A stretch of 64,000 nucleotides of DNA, taken from the IMG/VR virus record IMGVR_UViG_3300025930_000008, positions 1 through 64,000 of that record. One strand, 5' to 3'. Positions within the stretch are counted from its first letter, which is position 1; each line of letters starts with the position of its first letter. The translations under genes were made by a program, and so were the position numbers. Shown one piece after another: positions 29,573 through 38,715 of this stretch. The DNA is from a virus. The notes below the pieces were generated by a model that saw only the letters and a list, made by a program, of their open reading frames with translations, made no database searches and was not told the DNA's origin.

Positions 29573-30475
29573 TTAGGTCGGAGAAATCCAGACCATGTAA
29601 AGGTTGGTGTAATACTCGTACGTGCGGTTGATATCGGAAACAGATGGACCTTGAAGGTTGATCGTTGAACCGGCATCGTGCCTCACCATAACACGATACG
29701 ACTGTCCAGCGACAAGCCGTGCGATGCCAGTCAGAATCCTATTGTTAGTAACAGTAGCTGATGGAGGGGCGTCTGAGCGCTCCAAGTGGATAGGATTATA
29801 ACCAATGGTTGAGTCAATAGTAGTTCGCTCTAGCCGCATATCACGATATGTACCAGCCGTCCAGCTACCAAGAGCAGTTTTCCAAACTACAGATATCGCC
29901 ACACTATAGTTACCGTCCACACTAGGGGTGATATCAGTAGTACCTGTAACGGTGAATCCAACGGTACCAGTACCTCCACCTAAGGCGCGGGCCGTCCACG
30001 TTACAGCCGTGTCCACACCAGTAGTAATAGCCTGACCCGATGAACCTTGGCTTGAGTAAAGTGATGCGCGTGGAGGGCTAACATTTATCTGCTGCCAAGC
30101 TGTTCCGTCAGACAGGTATAGCGTGAACGTATCGGTGGCATAGTAATACGCACCGGCTGTGTATGGCTGTGCCGGTCGTGCAGCGAGCGCGCCTTGCGTG
30201 TAACGGGCTGGACCAAAGTTCAGCTTGGCTGAGGTAACAGCGGCGTCCTGAATCTTGGTGGTGGTGACTGCATTGTCCTGAATCTTAGGGTTAGTGACAG
30301 CGTTACTAACTATCTGTGTCGCGCCAACTGAATTGGCAGCGAGCGCCTGACTGTTAGCTCCGTCGTGATTGTGAGCATCAATCAGCGACCAGTTATTAGC
30401 TAGCTCTGTGTAAACAAAATGATCGCTGGGATCATTCCAGACCCGAAGGCCCATCTTGGTTGTATTAGTTGCCAT
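29573..30475 (-). CDS. fibre-like protein, paralog 4
   Basis: shared N-terminus MGLRVWNDP..ELANNW..IDAHNH; AVTxxKI repeats. Confidence 0.7.
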   Translation of the reverse strand: MATNTTKMGLRVWNDPSDHFVYTELANNWSLIDAHNHDGANSQALAANSVGATQIVSNAVTNPKIQDNAVTTTKIQDAAVTSAKLNFGPARYTQGALAARPAQPYTAGAYYYATDTFTLYLSDGTAWQQINVSPPRASLYSSQGSSGQAITTGVDTAVTWTARALGGGTGTVGFTVTGTTDITPSVDGNYSVAISVVWKTALGSWTAGTYRDMRLERTTIDSTIGYNPIHLERSDAPPSATVTNNRILTGIARLVAGQSYRVMVRHDAGSTINLQGPSVSDINRTYEYYTNLYMVWISPT

Positions 30476-31341
30476 TAGAAAGCTTCAATCTTTGCCCATA
30501 GACGACGGTTACGCACCGACACTGTGTTACCAGCGCCATTCGATGTGTAACGTAAACCAACCGCATAAGTTCCAGGCTGTACACGAACGAGAACCCAATC
30601 ACCTACTGCATGATTAACAGTCAAGTCAGATGTACCACCATTGGTAAGACCGGCGTTACGTATGCCCGGAGTTGTCTCTGCCGCGCTGACGATACGGTCG
30701 TCGGCAGTAGTTGATGTGGCTAGACCAGTCGTGATACTCATGAATAAACCGTTGGTATTCACATCTTGGATCGGTGTACCATTGAGGGTCAACTGAATGC
30801 CACCAATGGAAAGCGTTGTGATCGACCGCATGCGAACCGAGAATGCAATGTGCAAAAGCGAGTTAGCAGTGGGAGCAACGAGGCCCGTCACCTGATCCAC
30901 GGTTGTGGCTGTAACAAATGATGCGTTAGTGATACTCTCAGCCGTATCAATGATTGACATGCCACGCTGGGCACCGCTAGGTTGTTCACGCCACACAGCA
31001 CCATCTGATACAAACATCTGCAACATATCAGTGGCCCAATAATGCACACCAATTGCCTGCGGCTGGGCAGGACGCGCACTAAGTAGTCCCGATGTATACT
31101 TACCAGCACCCGTGCCCAACTTAGGCAAAGTGACCGTGCCATCCTGAATTTTCGTGGTGGTAACAGCGTTGTTGACTATCTGTGTCGAGTCAACGGAGTT
31201 AGCTGCAAGGGTCTGGCTATTCGATCCATTATGATTATGCGCATCAATCAGTGACCAATTGTTTGCTAACTCAGTGTAAACAAAGTGGTCATTGGGATCG
31301 TTCCAAACCCGGAGTCCCATCTTGGCGGTGTTAGTTGCCAT
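30475..31341 (-). CDS. fibre-like protein, paralog 3
   Basis: N-terminus nearly identical to 29573-30475, different C-terminus. Confidence 0.7.
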   Translation of the reverse strand: MATNTAKMGLRVWNDPNDHFVYTELANNWSLIDAHNHNGSNSQTLAANSVDSTQIVNNAVTTTKIQDGTVTLPKLGTGAGKYTSGLLSARPAQPQAIGVHYWATDMLQMFVSDGAVWREQPSGAQRGMSIIDTAESITNASFVTATTVDQVTGLVAPTANSLLHIAFSVRMRSITTLSIGGIQLTLNGTPIQDVNTNGLFMSITTGLATSTTADDRIVSAAETTPGIRNAGLTNGGTSDLTVNHAVGDWVLVRVQPGTYAVGLRYTSNGAGNTVSVRNRRLWAKIEAF

Positions 31342-31343
31342 AG

Positions 31344-32435
31344 CTAGGGCCTAGGATGCTGGACCTTGATAATATACAGGAGGCCCACGTAAGCTGGGCG
31401 CAGGTCTGCTCCTAGAGTCGTATCGTTATTGCTCGTTGTCAATGCTACAGAACTCATGCCTGCGTCTGACTGCGTGCCAGTGTTAGGGGCTTGAGCGTCT
31501 GTACCAAATGCTCCCGATCCTAGCGTGGCTCCACCGTGGCTGTGCGCAGGGATACCAGGCACACCAAGGTCACCACCGCCTGCGTTCACATCACTGACGT
31601 ATGCGGCCTGCACCATCATTTCAGACACGACAGCCTGCGGTCCATCGAGTACCCATACTCCACGGGTACGTAGCTGATGGTTGTGAGCATCGTCGCCCTG
31701 GATAGGGTGAGCATGGTTAGGCACAGTGTGCGCGTGCGCCACAGTCCCATGAATGTGAGCGTTAGCAGTGTGCGTGTGGGAAGGAACGGGATGCGTGTGC
31801 TGCATGTTCCTAGTGTGCGCTCCACCGATAGAAGCCGTGCCATTTACAGACTCCGGTGGCGGGGTGGCTACGCCAAGACCCGTGCCGCTCGTAGCAGCAC
31901 CAAGAATAAATCGGTTGCGAAGGTCTGGGATGGTGACGTTGCCACCCGTCCCCCAATCATGGTTGACCGATGCAACTACAGAACCGTCACAAATTGCCCA
32001 ACCTTTAGGCGCAAGTCCTGCCCCATTACCCGCGTCAAAGTTAGCGGCGGGGCGGAACCAAGGGATGATAGTACCCAAAGGGAGAATAGCAGCGAGCGCA
32101 GCCAAGGTCATGTGACCAATGCCGATCTGCTGAGCGCCAATATCTATGCCCTGAACAGAGCCGTCAGCTATGTTAGACGAGTCAACGGCATTGGAAGCTA
32201 GCTTCCCATGAGTAACCGCGCCATCTTGAATCTCGTTAGTGCCAACCGCGAAGTCCTGAATCTTATCCTGGGAGATAGCGTTACTCTCAATACCCCCGTT
32301 GGGAATTTGCTTGCCCCACGAATTCGTATGATCGTGGTCGTCAATCCTCTGCCAGTTGGCGGCTAGGTCTGTGTGGTTATACTGATCGTCAAGATCATTC
32401 CAGACCTTGAGTTGCATTCGATTGGTGGTTATCAT
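31344..32435 (-). CDS. tail-collar/fibre protein, paralog 2
   Basis: PLGTIIPW...PKGWAICDG...PDLRNRFILG; HxH repeats; YIIK. Confidence 0.8.
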   Translation of the reverse strand: MITTNRMQLKVWNDLDDQYNHTDLAANWQRIDDHDHTNSWGKQIPNGGIESNAISQDKIQDFAVGTNEIQDGAVTHGKLASNAVDSSNIADGSVQGIDIGAQQIGIGHMTLAALAAILPLGTIIPWFRPAANFDAGNGAGLAPKGWAICDGSVVASVNHDWGTGGNVTIPDLRNRFILGAATSGTGLGVATPPPESVNGTASIGGAHTRNMQHTHPVPSHTHTANAHIHGTVAHAHTVPNHAHPIQGDDAHNHQLRTRGVWVLDGPQAVVSEMMVQAAYVSDVNAGGGDLGVPGIPAHSHGGATLGSGAFGTDAQAPNTGTQSDAGMSSVALTTSNNDTTLGADLRPAYVGLLYIIKVQHPRP

Positions 32436-33190
32436 TATGCGTACCTCAACTGCATCTGTGCCTTGACGGTCGCTGTGCTTGTGGCTATCGCGGCGCTGGT
32501 AGTAACCTGTATCACGTAGGTGCCCGTAGCTGGCACCGCTACCTCATTAGTTACGCCGGTGGTATATCCTGTGCCGGGGTTAGTCATCACACCAGAGCAA
32601 ATAGTGGAACCAATCGTAGCAGTAGCGCTGGTTGAAGTCACCGCATATAATCCTACGGTTACGGTCATCGTCTGCGCCGTGCCGTTATGCATTGAATAAC
32701 GAAGGCGAATGTTTGTCGCCTTGCCTGTGATGGTATAGTCTGACCAATCCCAATAGGTTGCAGCGCCAGGCCATGCGGTACCTAACGTACCCGCCGCCGC
32801 AGTCGGGTTACTTGTTTCCATAGCGTAAGCACCAGCCGCTACGGCTGCTGGCATTGTAGTCATTACGCTTCGTAGAATACGAGGCGAAGTGAAAAGACCT
32901 GTAGGGTCTGCTCCAACCGCTAGGTTAGAAGCCTGGACAGTACCCGTGCCTAGAACTGCGGAAGTGATAGCGCCGGTAGAAAAATGTGAAGCGCCAATAG
33001 TTGCCGGGGCAATGTGAGTGCCAGTGATTGCGCCATTCTGGATACCCGCTGCGCCAACCTGAGCGCCACGACCCGCAGAGTGGTCATGGATATCCAACTT
33101 GAGGAAATTATCTGCTAATTGTTCGTGGTCGTAGGGGTCGGACGGAGAGTTCCAGACTTTTAACGACATGCGGGGGCTTACAAATGCCAT
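32435..33190 (-). CDS. fibre-like protein, paralog 1
   Basis: MSLKVWNSPSDPYDHEQLADNF..LDIHDH. Confidence 0.7.
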   Translation of the reverse strand: MAFVSPRMSLKVWNSPSDPYDHEQLADNFLKLDIHDHSAGRGAQVGAAGIQNGAITGTHIAPATIGASHFSTGAITSAVLGTGTVQASNLAVGADPTGLFTSPRILRSVMTTMPAAVAAGAYAMETSNPTAAAGTLGTAWPGAATYWDWSDYTITGKATNIRLRYSMHNGTAQTMTVTVGLYAVTSTSATATIGSTICSGVMTNPGTGYTTGVTNEVAVPATGTYVIQVTTSAAIATSTATVKAQMQLRYA

Positions 33191-33221
33191 CGCCTTTTAC
33201 CACCGCGAACCATGGGTAAAA

Positions 33222-33408
33222 GAAGAAGGCCCGCTCATGGCGGGCCTCTCGGTACCTTATTCGATTGCTATGTGTGACGGATTCTAACCGCGACCTCTCG
33301 GCCTAGCAACTCAACCGGGCACCCTCGGCGGGCGTGGCGAAGCCCCAGGATTTACGTGCCTCTCTATAGCGTAGGCACGACCTCACAGGACACACACCAT
33401 CTTCTGCT
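33222..33408 (-). ncRNA. unassigned ncRNA (~190 nt)
   Basis: promoter TTGACG(33443-38)-N17-TACAGT, terminator 33222-33249, no ORF, CGTGCCT/AGGCACG and TGTGTG/CACACA helices, T-arm-like GGTTAGAATCC. Confidence 0.6.
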
Positions 33409-33432
33409 AGCACAACTGTAGCAGGCCAGAGC

Positions 33433-34188
33433 CTAGCCGTCAACCGGTACGCCAAACGCCTGCTGCGTCATGAGTCCCGCCCAATCATGAGCGCGGGAAC
33501 CCATTGCATAATACTTTGCCCAACCTGCGAAGGTCTTAGCCCAATCAGGAACAGAGGCCGGTGCCCAATTAGCAGTCTGGCTTGACAATGCATTCCCCGA
33601 CGCTAGTCGGTCAGCACCATACGGCCAGTTATGATACAGAGTGGCAAGTCGCCAAGCATACTCTGTCTTGTCTGACCTCTGAGCTACTGCCGACTTGGCT
33701 AGGTAGACATTGTAACGATTGTAAAGACTGTTGACCAAGAGGTTCACTTGATACAGAGAGTCAAAAGCACGCTGCACGGCTGGTTCCTCGTAGGGTTCGT
33801 ATACTCTCCTTTGAGTAAAACCACAGTCGGTACCGCCCGCCACTGATACATTGACTGCCGCAATGTAATTACCTGACTCTCCCTGGCAGATCCCTTCAAC
33901 CAGTCCCTTAGGAACTTTAGTTCCGGCGTCGGTACGTACAATACAAGACCGGAGGAAACGTGCTTGACTTTGAGGACCGAATATTCCATCAGCCGACAGA
34001 CCTACAGCTTCCTGCCACAGTTTGACTGCGGCGTCAGTACCTTCACCAAAGGTTCCATCCTCTCCTAGCGGAGCGTTCAACCAGTCTAGAGAATTGAGGC
34101 CCCGCTGGACAGCCCATACTCCCTGATGAATGTCGCCCTTCTTAAAACTATACTTGGTAGAAGTGGGCGGTGTTTGCATAATCCCCAT
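33433..34188 (-). CDS. peptidoglycan-binding + putative lytic transglycosylase-like protein
   Basis: DGTFGEGTDAAVKLWQ..GLSADGIFG; GES, DCGFTQ, YHN. Confidence 0.7.
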   Translation of the reverse strand: MGIMQTPPTSTKYSFKKGDIHQGVWAVQRGLNSLDWLNAPLGEDGTFGEGTDAAVKLWQEAVGLSADGIFGPQSQARFLRSCIVRTDAGTKVPKGLVEGICQGESGNYIAAVNVSVAGGTDCGFTQRRVYEPYEEPAVQRAFDSLYQVNLLVNSLYNRYNVYLAKSAVAQRSDKTEYAWRLATLYHNWPYGADRLASGNALSSQTANWAPASVPDWAKTFAGWAKYYAMGSRAHDWAGLMTQQAFGVPVDG

Positions 34189-34218
34189 AACATCTGTTAT
34201 AGGTCGGGTCGCACCACT

Positions 34219-34758
34219 TTATTTGGTCCAGGCAGGAGCGTCAAAAATCTGAGCAAGGTCGGCAGGCTTCATCGCTGCCGGTGGAACAGGCCAGATGAAC
34301 CGCCCTCGGGTCAGCGCATCCGAATAAAATCCCGAACAGATAGACGTGGCATATTTCACCGTCACGTACTTTCTATTCAAGGCGAGGTTGAAGAATAAAC
34401 TGACGATGGTACGCCAGCCATACCTATACTTTGCAGCTAGAACATTCTCTGCAAAGGCTAGCACCTGGGTCTGGTCATGCGGGTCCACGTCAACGTGAAC
34501 TAAGGTATACTCTTTCCATTTATACTTGGAGATATGAGTACGCACGACTCCATCACCTAGGGCCTCGGCTAAGTCACCTTGCTCATTAAGTACCAACGCA
34601 GCATGATTCCATGCAGCATACTTGGCTGGGTACCTGAGTTTTTGACCGAACCGAATCAGTTTAGAAAAGAAATAGTCACCGTGAGTGAGGACTAAATCTC
34701 CACACTGTAACGGTGACTCATGGGTCGCACCACTTTGGGTATGTTCTATGTCAGCCAC
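34219..34758 (-). CDS. permuted papain-like amidase (YaeF/YiiX)
   Basis: GDLVL, WNHAALV, AEA, ICSGF, PADL. Confidence 0.75.
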   Translation of the reverse strand: MADIEHTQSGATHESPLQCGDLVLTHGDYFFSKLIRFGQKLRYPAKYAAWNHAALVLNEQGDLAEALGDGVVRTHISKYKWKEYTLVHVDVDPHDQTQVLAFAENVLAAKYRYGWRTIVSLFFNLALNRKYVTVKYATSICSGFYSDALTRGRFIWPVPPAAMKPADLAQIFDAPAWTK

Positions 34759-34766
34759 ATAGATTA

Positions 34767-34839
34767 TAGCTCCGGTAGGAATTGAACCTACGCATGGAGG
34801 CTTATGAAACCTCTGCCTTAACCACTTGGCTACGGAGCC
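34767..34839 (-). tRNA. tRNA-Met(CAT), elongator (or Ile2)
   Basis: cloverleaf, loop TTCATAA. Confidence 0.85.
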
Positions 34840-34888
34840 AGGAGGGACCTGAGTTATTCATCCTCTTGAGGCACGGTCCCAATGCCTA

Positions 34889-34962
34889 CGGGATCGACGG
34901 GACTTGAACCCGCGACCTCCTGCGTGACAGGCAGGCGCTCTAACCGACTGAGCTACGACCCC
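34889..34962 (-). tRNA. tRNA-Asp(GTC)
   Basis: cloverleaf, loop CTGTCAC. Confidence 0.95.
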
Positions 34963-35309
34963 TATGCTTGACCCCACTGACCAGCCCGAACTAAATCCAT
35001 TAGGCTACCGCCAGCTTCGATCCAGATAGTCAACGCTAGCTGAGCTATCTGTGCTTCTTTATTATTCGGAATCCTGATATGATCCTTGCTTGCTACCGCC
35101 TGCATCTTCGCCACGATATAATGGTGAACGTTACGGTGTCCAGTAGGACAGAGCGGTACAGTCTCGGGATGCCACAAACCTATGCCGGTGTCAGGTCGCC
35201 AGAACTTCTGCCACGCTTGAGGCACTACATGATGTAGCTCTTGGGCTATAGGTTTGGGCCTATGGAACATATGCGCATCGCATGTGCGCGCTGTTGTCAC
35301 AGGTATCAT
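34962..35309 (-). CDS. HNH-like protein
   Basis: ELHHVVP...LCPTGHRNVH. Confidence 0.6.
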   Translation of the reverse strand: MIPVTTARTCDAHMFHRPKPIAQELHHVVPQAWQKFWRPDTGIGLWHPETVPLCPTGHRNVHHYIVAKMQAVASKDHIRIPNNKEAQIAQLALTIWIEAGGSLMDLVRAGQWGQA

Positions 35310-35317
35310 ACGTATTA

Positions 35318-35388
35318 AGCACCCGAAGGGAATCGAACCCTCAATCTCTGCTTGGAAGGCAGGGGTTATACCATTTAACTACGAGTGC
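35318..35388 (-). tRNA. tRNA-Gly(TCC)
   Basis: cloverleaf, loop CTTCCAA. Confidence 0.9.
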
Positions 35389-35663
35389 ATGTTACGACAG
35401 GTCCAGCAAAGGTAATCATCCATGGCTGCTCGGCGTCCGCAACCATTCCCGCAGCGATTGGAAGCCACCATCCTCTTGACATTCTCGTCGGGCGTAGCCT
35501 TGACATTCGTAGCATTCAAGAAGATGCTTGATGATCGCCTCGCACTCCGCGCTGCTAATTGGCGGGTCTGTTGGTGGACGCCCACCCATCGCTTGTATCC
35601 TTTGAGATAACGTCCTTTCCGCCACTTACGCTTCGCTCCCTGTAGTGGTTTCTGTTGTGGCAT
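35379..35663 (-). CDS. hypothetical protein with C-terminal Zn ribbon
   Basis: CGNGC...DDYLCWTCR; stop is TAG at nt 8-10 of tRNA-Gly. Confidence 0.6.
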   Translation of the reverse strand: MPQQKPLQGAKRKWRKGRYLKGYKRWVGVHQQTRQLAARSARRSSSIFLNATNVKATPDENVKRMVASNRCGNGCGRRAAMDDYLCWTCRNMHS

Positions 35664-35664
35664 A

Positions 35665-35736
35665 TGGAGGATGAGGGAATCGAACCCTCAACTCCTGCGT
35701 GCAAGGCAGGCATGTTCCCGTTAGCACTAATCCCCC
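35665..35736 (-). tRNA. tRNA-Ala(TGC)
   Basis: G3:U70, loop CTTGCAC. Confidence 0.9.
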
Positions 35737-35945
35737 GCGTTGACTGGCTCAATTATGCCAGGCATGGCCCATCTTGTCAAGGCTGTTCTTCGACAGTCTG
35801 AGCATAGGTAGTCATCCCATGGTAAGAGTACAGGTTCACCGCACTCAGGACATGCTACCCCGTATTTATTCAACAACGTCTGTTCCGCTTTGCGTGCAGC
35901 CTGAGCGTAATAATCCCGCCACAATTGCGTAGTCGGGTCTACCAT
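35727..35945 (-). CDS. hypothetical protein with Zn ribbon
   Basis: CPEC...DDYLCSDCR; stop inside tRNA-Ala. Confidence 0.6.
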   Translation of the reverse strand: MVDPTTQLWRDYYAQAARKAEQTLLNKYGVACPECGEPVLLPWDDYLCSDCRRTALTRWAMPGIIEPVNAGD

Positions 35946-35949
35946 ATCA

Positions 35950-36022
35950 AGCCGTCCAGGGGACTTGAACCCCTAACCCCCTGCTTACAAGGCAGGCGCT
36001 CTGCCAATTGAGCTAGGACGGC
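35950..36022 (-). tRNA. tRNA-Thr(TGT)
   Basis: cloverleaf, loop CTTGTAA. Confidence 0.95.
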
Positions 36023-36024
36023 AG

Positions 36025-36669
36025 CTAGTGGAGCGCTGCCCATGTGCGCGCCCCAACTGTTCCATCTGCGGGTAGATTATGTGCCCGCTGGAACGCCTTG
36101 ACTGCTCGCTCAGTATTCTTTCCAAAGAATGGATTGTATCGGTTGCTGTTCGGCTTACCAGTGGCACCGGTTGAGAAATCTCGGATGCCATTATCATACA
36201 GAAGTTTCTTGAGCCGGACAACCGATGGACCCTTGGACTTATACTTGAGTACAGGGTCTACGTTGGCATCCTTGACAGCCGGGTAGCTACCGGGCTTCCA
36301 TTTAATATGCCACCACTCACTAGGAGCATCTGACCATCGTTTCGCAAAACCGTACTTGGCTCCGATCTGATCCACGATGTGACGCATTTGCGGTGTAGCA
36401 AGATCGACCGCCAGCCCCCATCCGTGATTTGAAGTACCTGGGTGGGCAGCGAGATTACCACGTCCTGACCGCCACAAATTCCATAGGTATTGCTGCTGTG
36501 CGTACGTCCGGTACGAGGACATACCGCCAGTTGGTCGAAGAGTAACCCCATACTTACGAACACTCTCCGCGTTCATTGCGTTCCATGCCTTTGCCGCGTC
36601 CTTTCGTAGACGGCCACCGGCAATGTCGCCTAGAGCAACGCCGGGTAGTCTGCCATTAAGGTAAGCCAT
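36025..36669 (-). CDS. endolysin: M15 (VanY-like) peptidase + PG-binding domain
   Basis: SYRTYAQQ, PGTSNHGWGLAVD, EWWH; ADGTVGARTW. Confidence 0.9.
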   Translation of the reverse strand: MAYLNGRLPGVALGDIAGGRLRKDAAKAWNAMNAESVRKYGVTLRPTGGMSSYRTYAQQQYLWNLWRSGRGNLAAHPGTSNHGWGLAVDLATPQMRHIVDQIGAKYGFAKRWSDAPSEWWHIKWKPGSYPAVKDANVDPVLKYKSKGPSVVRLKKLLYDNGIRDFSTGATGKPNSNRYNPFFGKNTERAVKAFQRAHNLPADGTVGARTWAALH

Positions 36670-36704
36670 TCCATAAACTTACCCACCAGCATGGAAATGA
36701 AAAA

Positions 36705-36775
36705 CTGGGGAACTAGGATTCGAACCTAGACGCTGAGTTCCAAAGACTCATGTGCTGCCGTTACACTATTCCCCA
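36705..36775 (-). tRNA. tRNA-Gln(TTG)
   Basis: cloverleaf, loop CTTTGGA. Confidence 0.9.
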
Positions 36776-37071
36776 TCGGCGTAGCCAGGCTCAGGGTTAG
36801 AAGGTTCTTCGTTATCCATCCTGCGTAGACGCAGAACCATTTCACGAAGTTCCTTATCAGCCTTGTCCTGCGCTGCCTCAGTACGTGACGACTGCCAGCT
36901 TGACCAGTGAGCCACAACAATAGCATACAATGATAGCCAGGTAACAAAGAGAACTTGGTCACCAAAAGCTAAGGCTAATGGTATAGAAACTATCAGCCAG
37001 AAGATAGCAAACCAGCCGTGCAATCTCATGGCATGCTGTGAGTCAGCTAACCAGTTATGTACCTTCTTCAT
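36766..37071 (-). CDS. 2-TM membrane protein (start revised to MKKVHN)
   Basis: two TM helices; upstream extension lies inside the RNase P RNA. Confidence 0.55.
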   Translation of the reverse strand: MKKVHNWLADSQHAMRLHGWFAIFWLIVSIPLALAFGDQVLFVTWLSLYAIVVAHWSSWQSSRTEAAQDKADKELREMVLRLRRMDNEEPSNPEPGYADGE

Positions 37072-37087
37072 ACATATTACATTGAGT

Positions 37088-37361
37088 TGTGAATGAAAAC
37101 AGTAGGCGGGATTCTGTTCTATCCATGCATCCATCTATGCTCTCCACCTAGGGGATGCCCTTCCCCGGCTTGAGATTGCATCGCTTCGCTGACGGCAGAG
37201 GTACAAGCGCCCGCACCTATTTGTTGTGGCGGTAGGCGACCGCCTGTCGCTAAGGCTCCCTCCATTTTTACCCGCGCTCGTATCCCTTCCAGGGGATATG
37301 GCTCACGCAATGTCCCGACCTTCCTCGATATTTCTACCGCGCATGGTCGTAATCATTCACA
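37088..37361 (-). ncRNA. rnpB: RNase P RNA (compact, ~274 nt)
   Basis: P1 UGUGAAUGA/UCAUUCACA; P2 CCAUGC/GCAUGG; CR-I GAGGAAGGUCGGGA pairing with CR-V ACAGAAUCCCGCCUA (P4); P5 CAUUGC/GCGAUG followed by CAA; CR-IV AGAUGGAUG. Confidence 0.85.
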
Positions 37362-37401
37362 CTTAATGTTTATCGTCCACCAATAAACATATTATCGCCT
37401 C

Positions 37402-37566
37402 CTACCAGCGTCGTCCCCAACGGCCATCAGTGCCGCCGCCGAAGTAACTAAACAGTAGAACAACCAACAGCACAACAACTAGAATCCAAATCAGCTTGGT
37501 GAAAACAAAACCACCAACGACTGCTAGGACAACTAGGATTAGAAGTAGCAATAGTAATAGGTCCAT
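37402..37566 (-). CDS. small hydrophobic protein (actinobacterial type)
   Basis: MDLLLLLLLILVVLAVVGGFVFTKLIWILVVV...GRWGRRW; SD GGGAGG. Confidence 0.7.
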   Translation of the reverse strand: MDLLLLLLLILVVLAVVGGFVFTKLIWILVVVLLVVLLFSYFGGGTDGRWGRRW

Positions 37567-37609
37567 GATCCTCCCTTCATGCTATTAGCATACAGGAGGG
37601 CACGGATAA

Positions 37610-37680
37610 AGCGGCTAGCGGGAATCGAACCCGCAAATCTTGCATGGCAAGCAAGTAGGTTACCGTTACATCATAGCCGC
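37610..37680 (-). tRNA. tRNA-Gly(GCC)
   Basis: loop TTGCCAT. Confidence 0.9.
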
Positions 37681-37682
37681 AA

Positions 37683-37754
37683 CGCCCCTAATAGGAATCG
37701 AACCCATCCCTTGTGATCCGAAGTCACACGCGCTATCCAATACACCATAGGGGC
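37683..37754 (-). tRNA. tRNA-Arg(TCG)
   Basis: loop CTTCGGA. Confidence 0.9.
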
Positions 37755-37755
37755 A

Positions 37756-37827
37756 TACCCCCGGTAGGAATCGAACCTACGCACTCGGTTCCGTAGACCG
37801 ACGCTCTATCCACTGAGCTACGAGGGC
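37756..37827 (-). tRNA. tRNA-Arg(ACG)
   Basis: loop CTACGGA. Confidence 0.9.
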
Positions 37828-38013
37828 ACGTTCAGGTGCAATGACAGCACCATTGTTTACTAATTCCTGCGGGCTGTTATGGTAGTCACCATCATAACTA
37901 TGCTCATCCATGCGATACCAAACCGTAGATTCATCTACTCTTGTGATGGTACCCCATCCAGTATCTACCCAATACCCATTGTTGGGTAGGTATATCTTCC
38001 GCCCAACAGACAT
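37777..38013 (-). CDS. hypothetical protein reading into tRNA-Arg
   Basis: MSVGRKIYL...; last 51 nt lie inside the tRNA. Confidence 0.5.
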   Translation of the reverse strand: MSVGRKIYLPNNGYWVDTGWGTITRVDESTVWYRMDEHSYDGDYHNSPQELVNNGAVIAPERALVAQWIERRSTEPSA

Positions 38014-38029
38014 AAGAGAATGGCGCTCT

Positions 38030-38701
38030 TTACGCAAGCGCCGCGAGAGCCATTGATACTTCGTGGGCAACGCTCGACTCAGCGGGTTCAAACTTACCCT
38101 CCATCCAGTCTTTGACAAGCCTAGCTTCATAGACTGAGCTAGACCCACGACCGATTAGTATGAGTAGCTTGGGACGCTGCTCGGACAGTGCCGTTAGGGC
38201 ACGGTCAGCAAACGCCTTTTCCTGTTCCGTGAGCAAATGAACGATAGATTTGGGTGTACCATTTCTGTCGTGAAGGTCACGGTGACAGTCTATGCAAACA
38301 GGGATGCAGTTTTCCTTGCGGTTAGACCACACTCTCTCGTAGGAATCTAGCTCTCGCAGAATCCAACGGTTGACAAAGTGGTGCTTGGTACTGTCGCCTT
38401 CCTTACCACAAAGTCTACAGGGTGGAGCAACTCTTCTCTGCTCTCTGAACTTATCCCTGCGCCTGCGTATGAGGTCAGGTATCTCGGGAATCTGACCAAG
38501 CGCTTCCCTGAGTCGCTTAAGACATTCAGCCTGCTTAATGCCAGCCTCAAGCAAATCTTCTAGGTCCACATTCTCAACGGACGCCAGCAATTCAAGCTGT
38601 TCATCCGTAGCCTTCTGATGGCTCTGGTTTATCTCAAACCAGTGATGCGGATTGAGGCATGGACTATCACAGCCGATGCCGATGTGCCTTGCGCGACTCA
38701 A
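38030..38701 (-). CDS. HNH-domain protein
   Basis: CRLC...KHHFV...NCIPVCIDCHRDLH. Confidence 0.7.
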   Translation of the reverse strand: MSRARHIGIGCDSPCLNPHHWFEINQSHQKATDEQLELLASVENVDLEDLLEAGIKQAECLKRLREALGQIPEIPDLIRRRRDKFREQRRVAPPCRLCGKEGDSTKHHFVNRWILRELDSYERVWSNRKENCIPVCIDCHRDLHDRNGTPKSIVHLLTEQEKAFADRALTALSEQRPKLLILIGRGSSSVYEARLVKDWMEGKFEPAESSVAHEVSMALAALA

Positions 38702-38715
38702 ACCTTCCCCCTTTC

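Noticed and set aside
33340-33385. Pistol/hammerhead ribozyme resemblance (hairpin followed by UAAA)
   Set aside because: No pseudoknot partner and no CUGAUGA/GAAA core
37071-37310. ORF 37119-37310 and the N-terminal extension of ORF 36766-37134
   Set aside because: Both lie within the RNase P RNA and are shadows of the RNA gene
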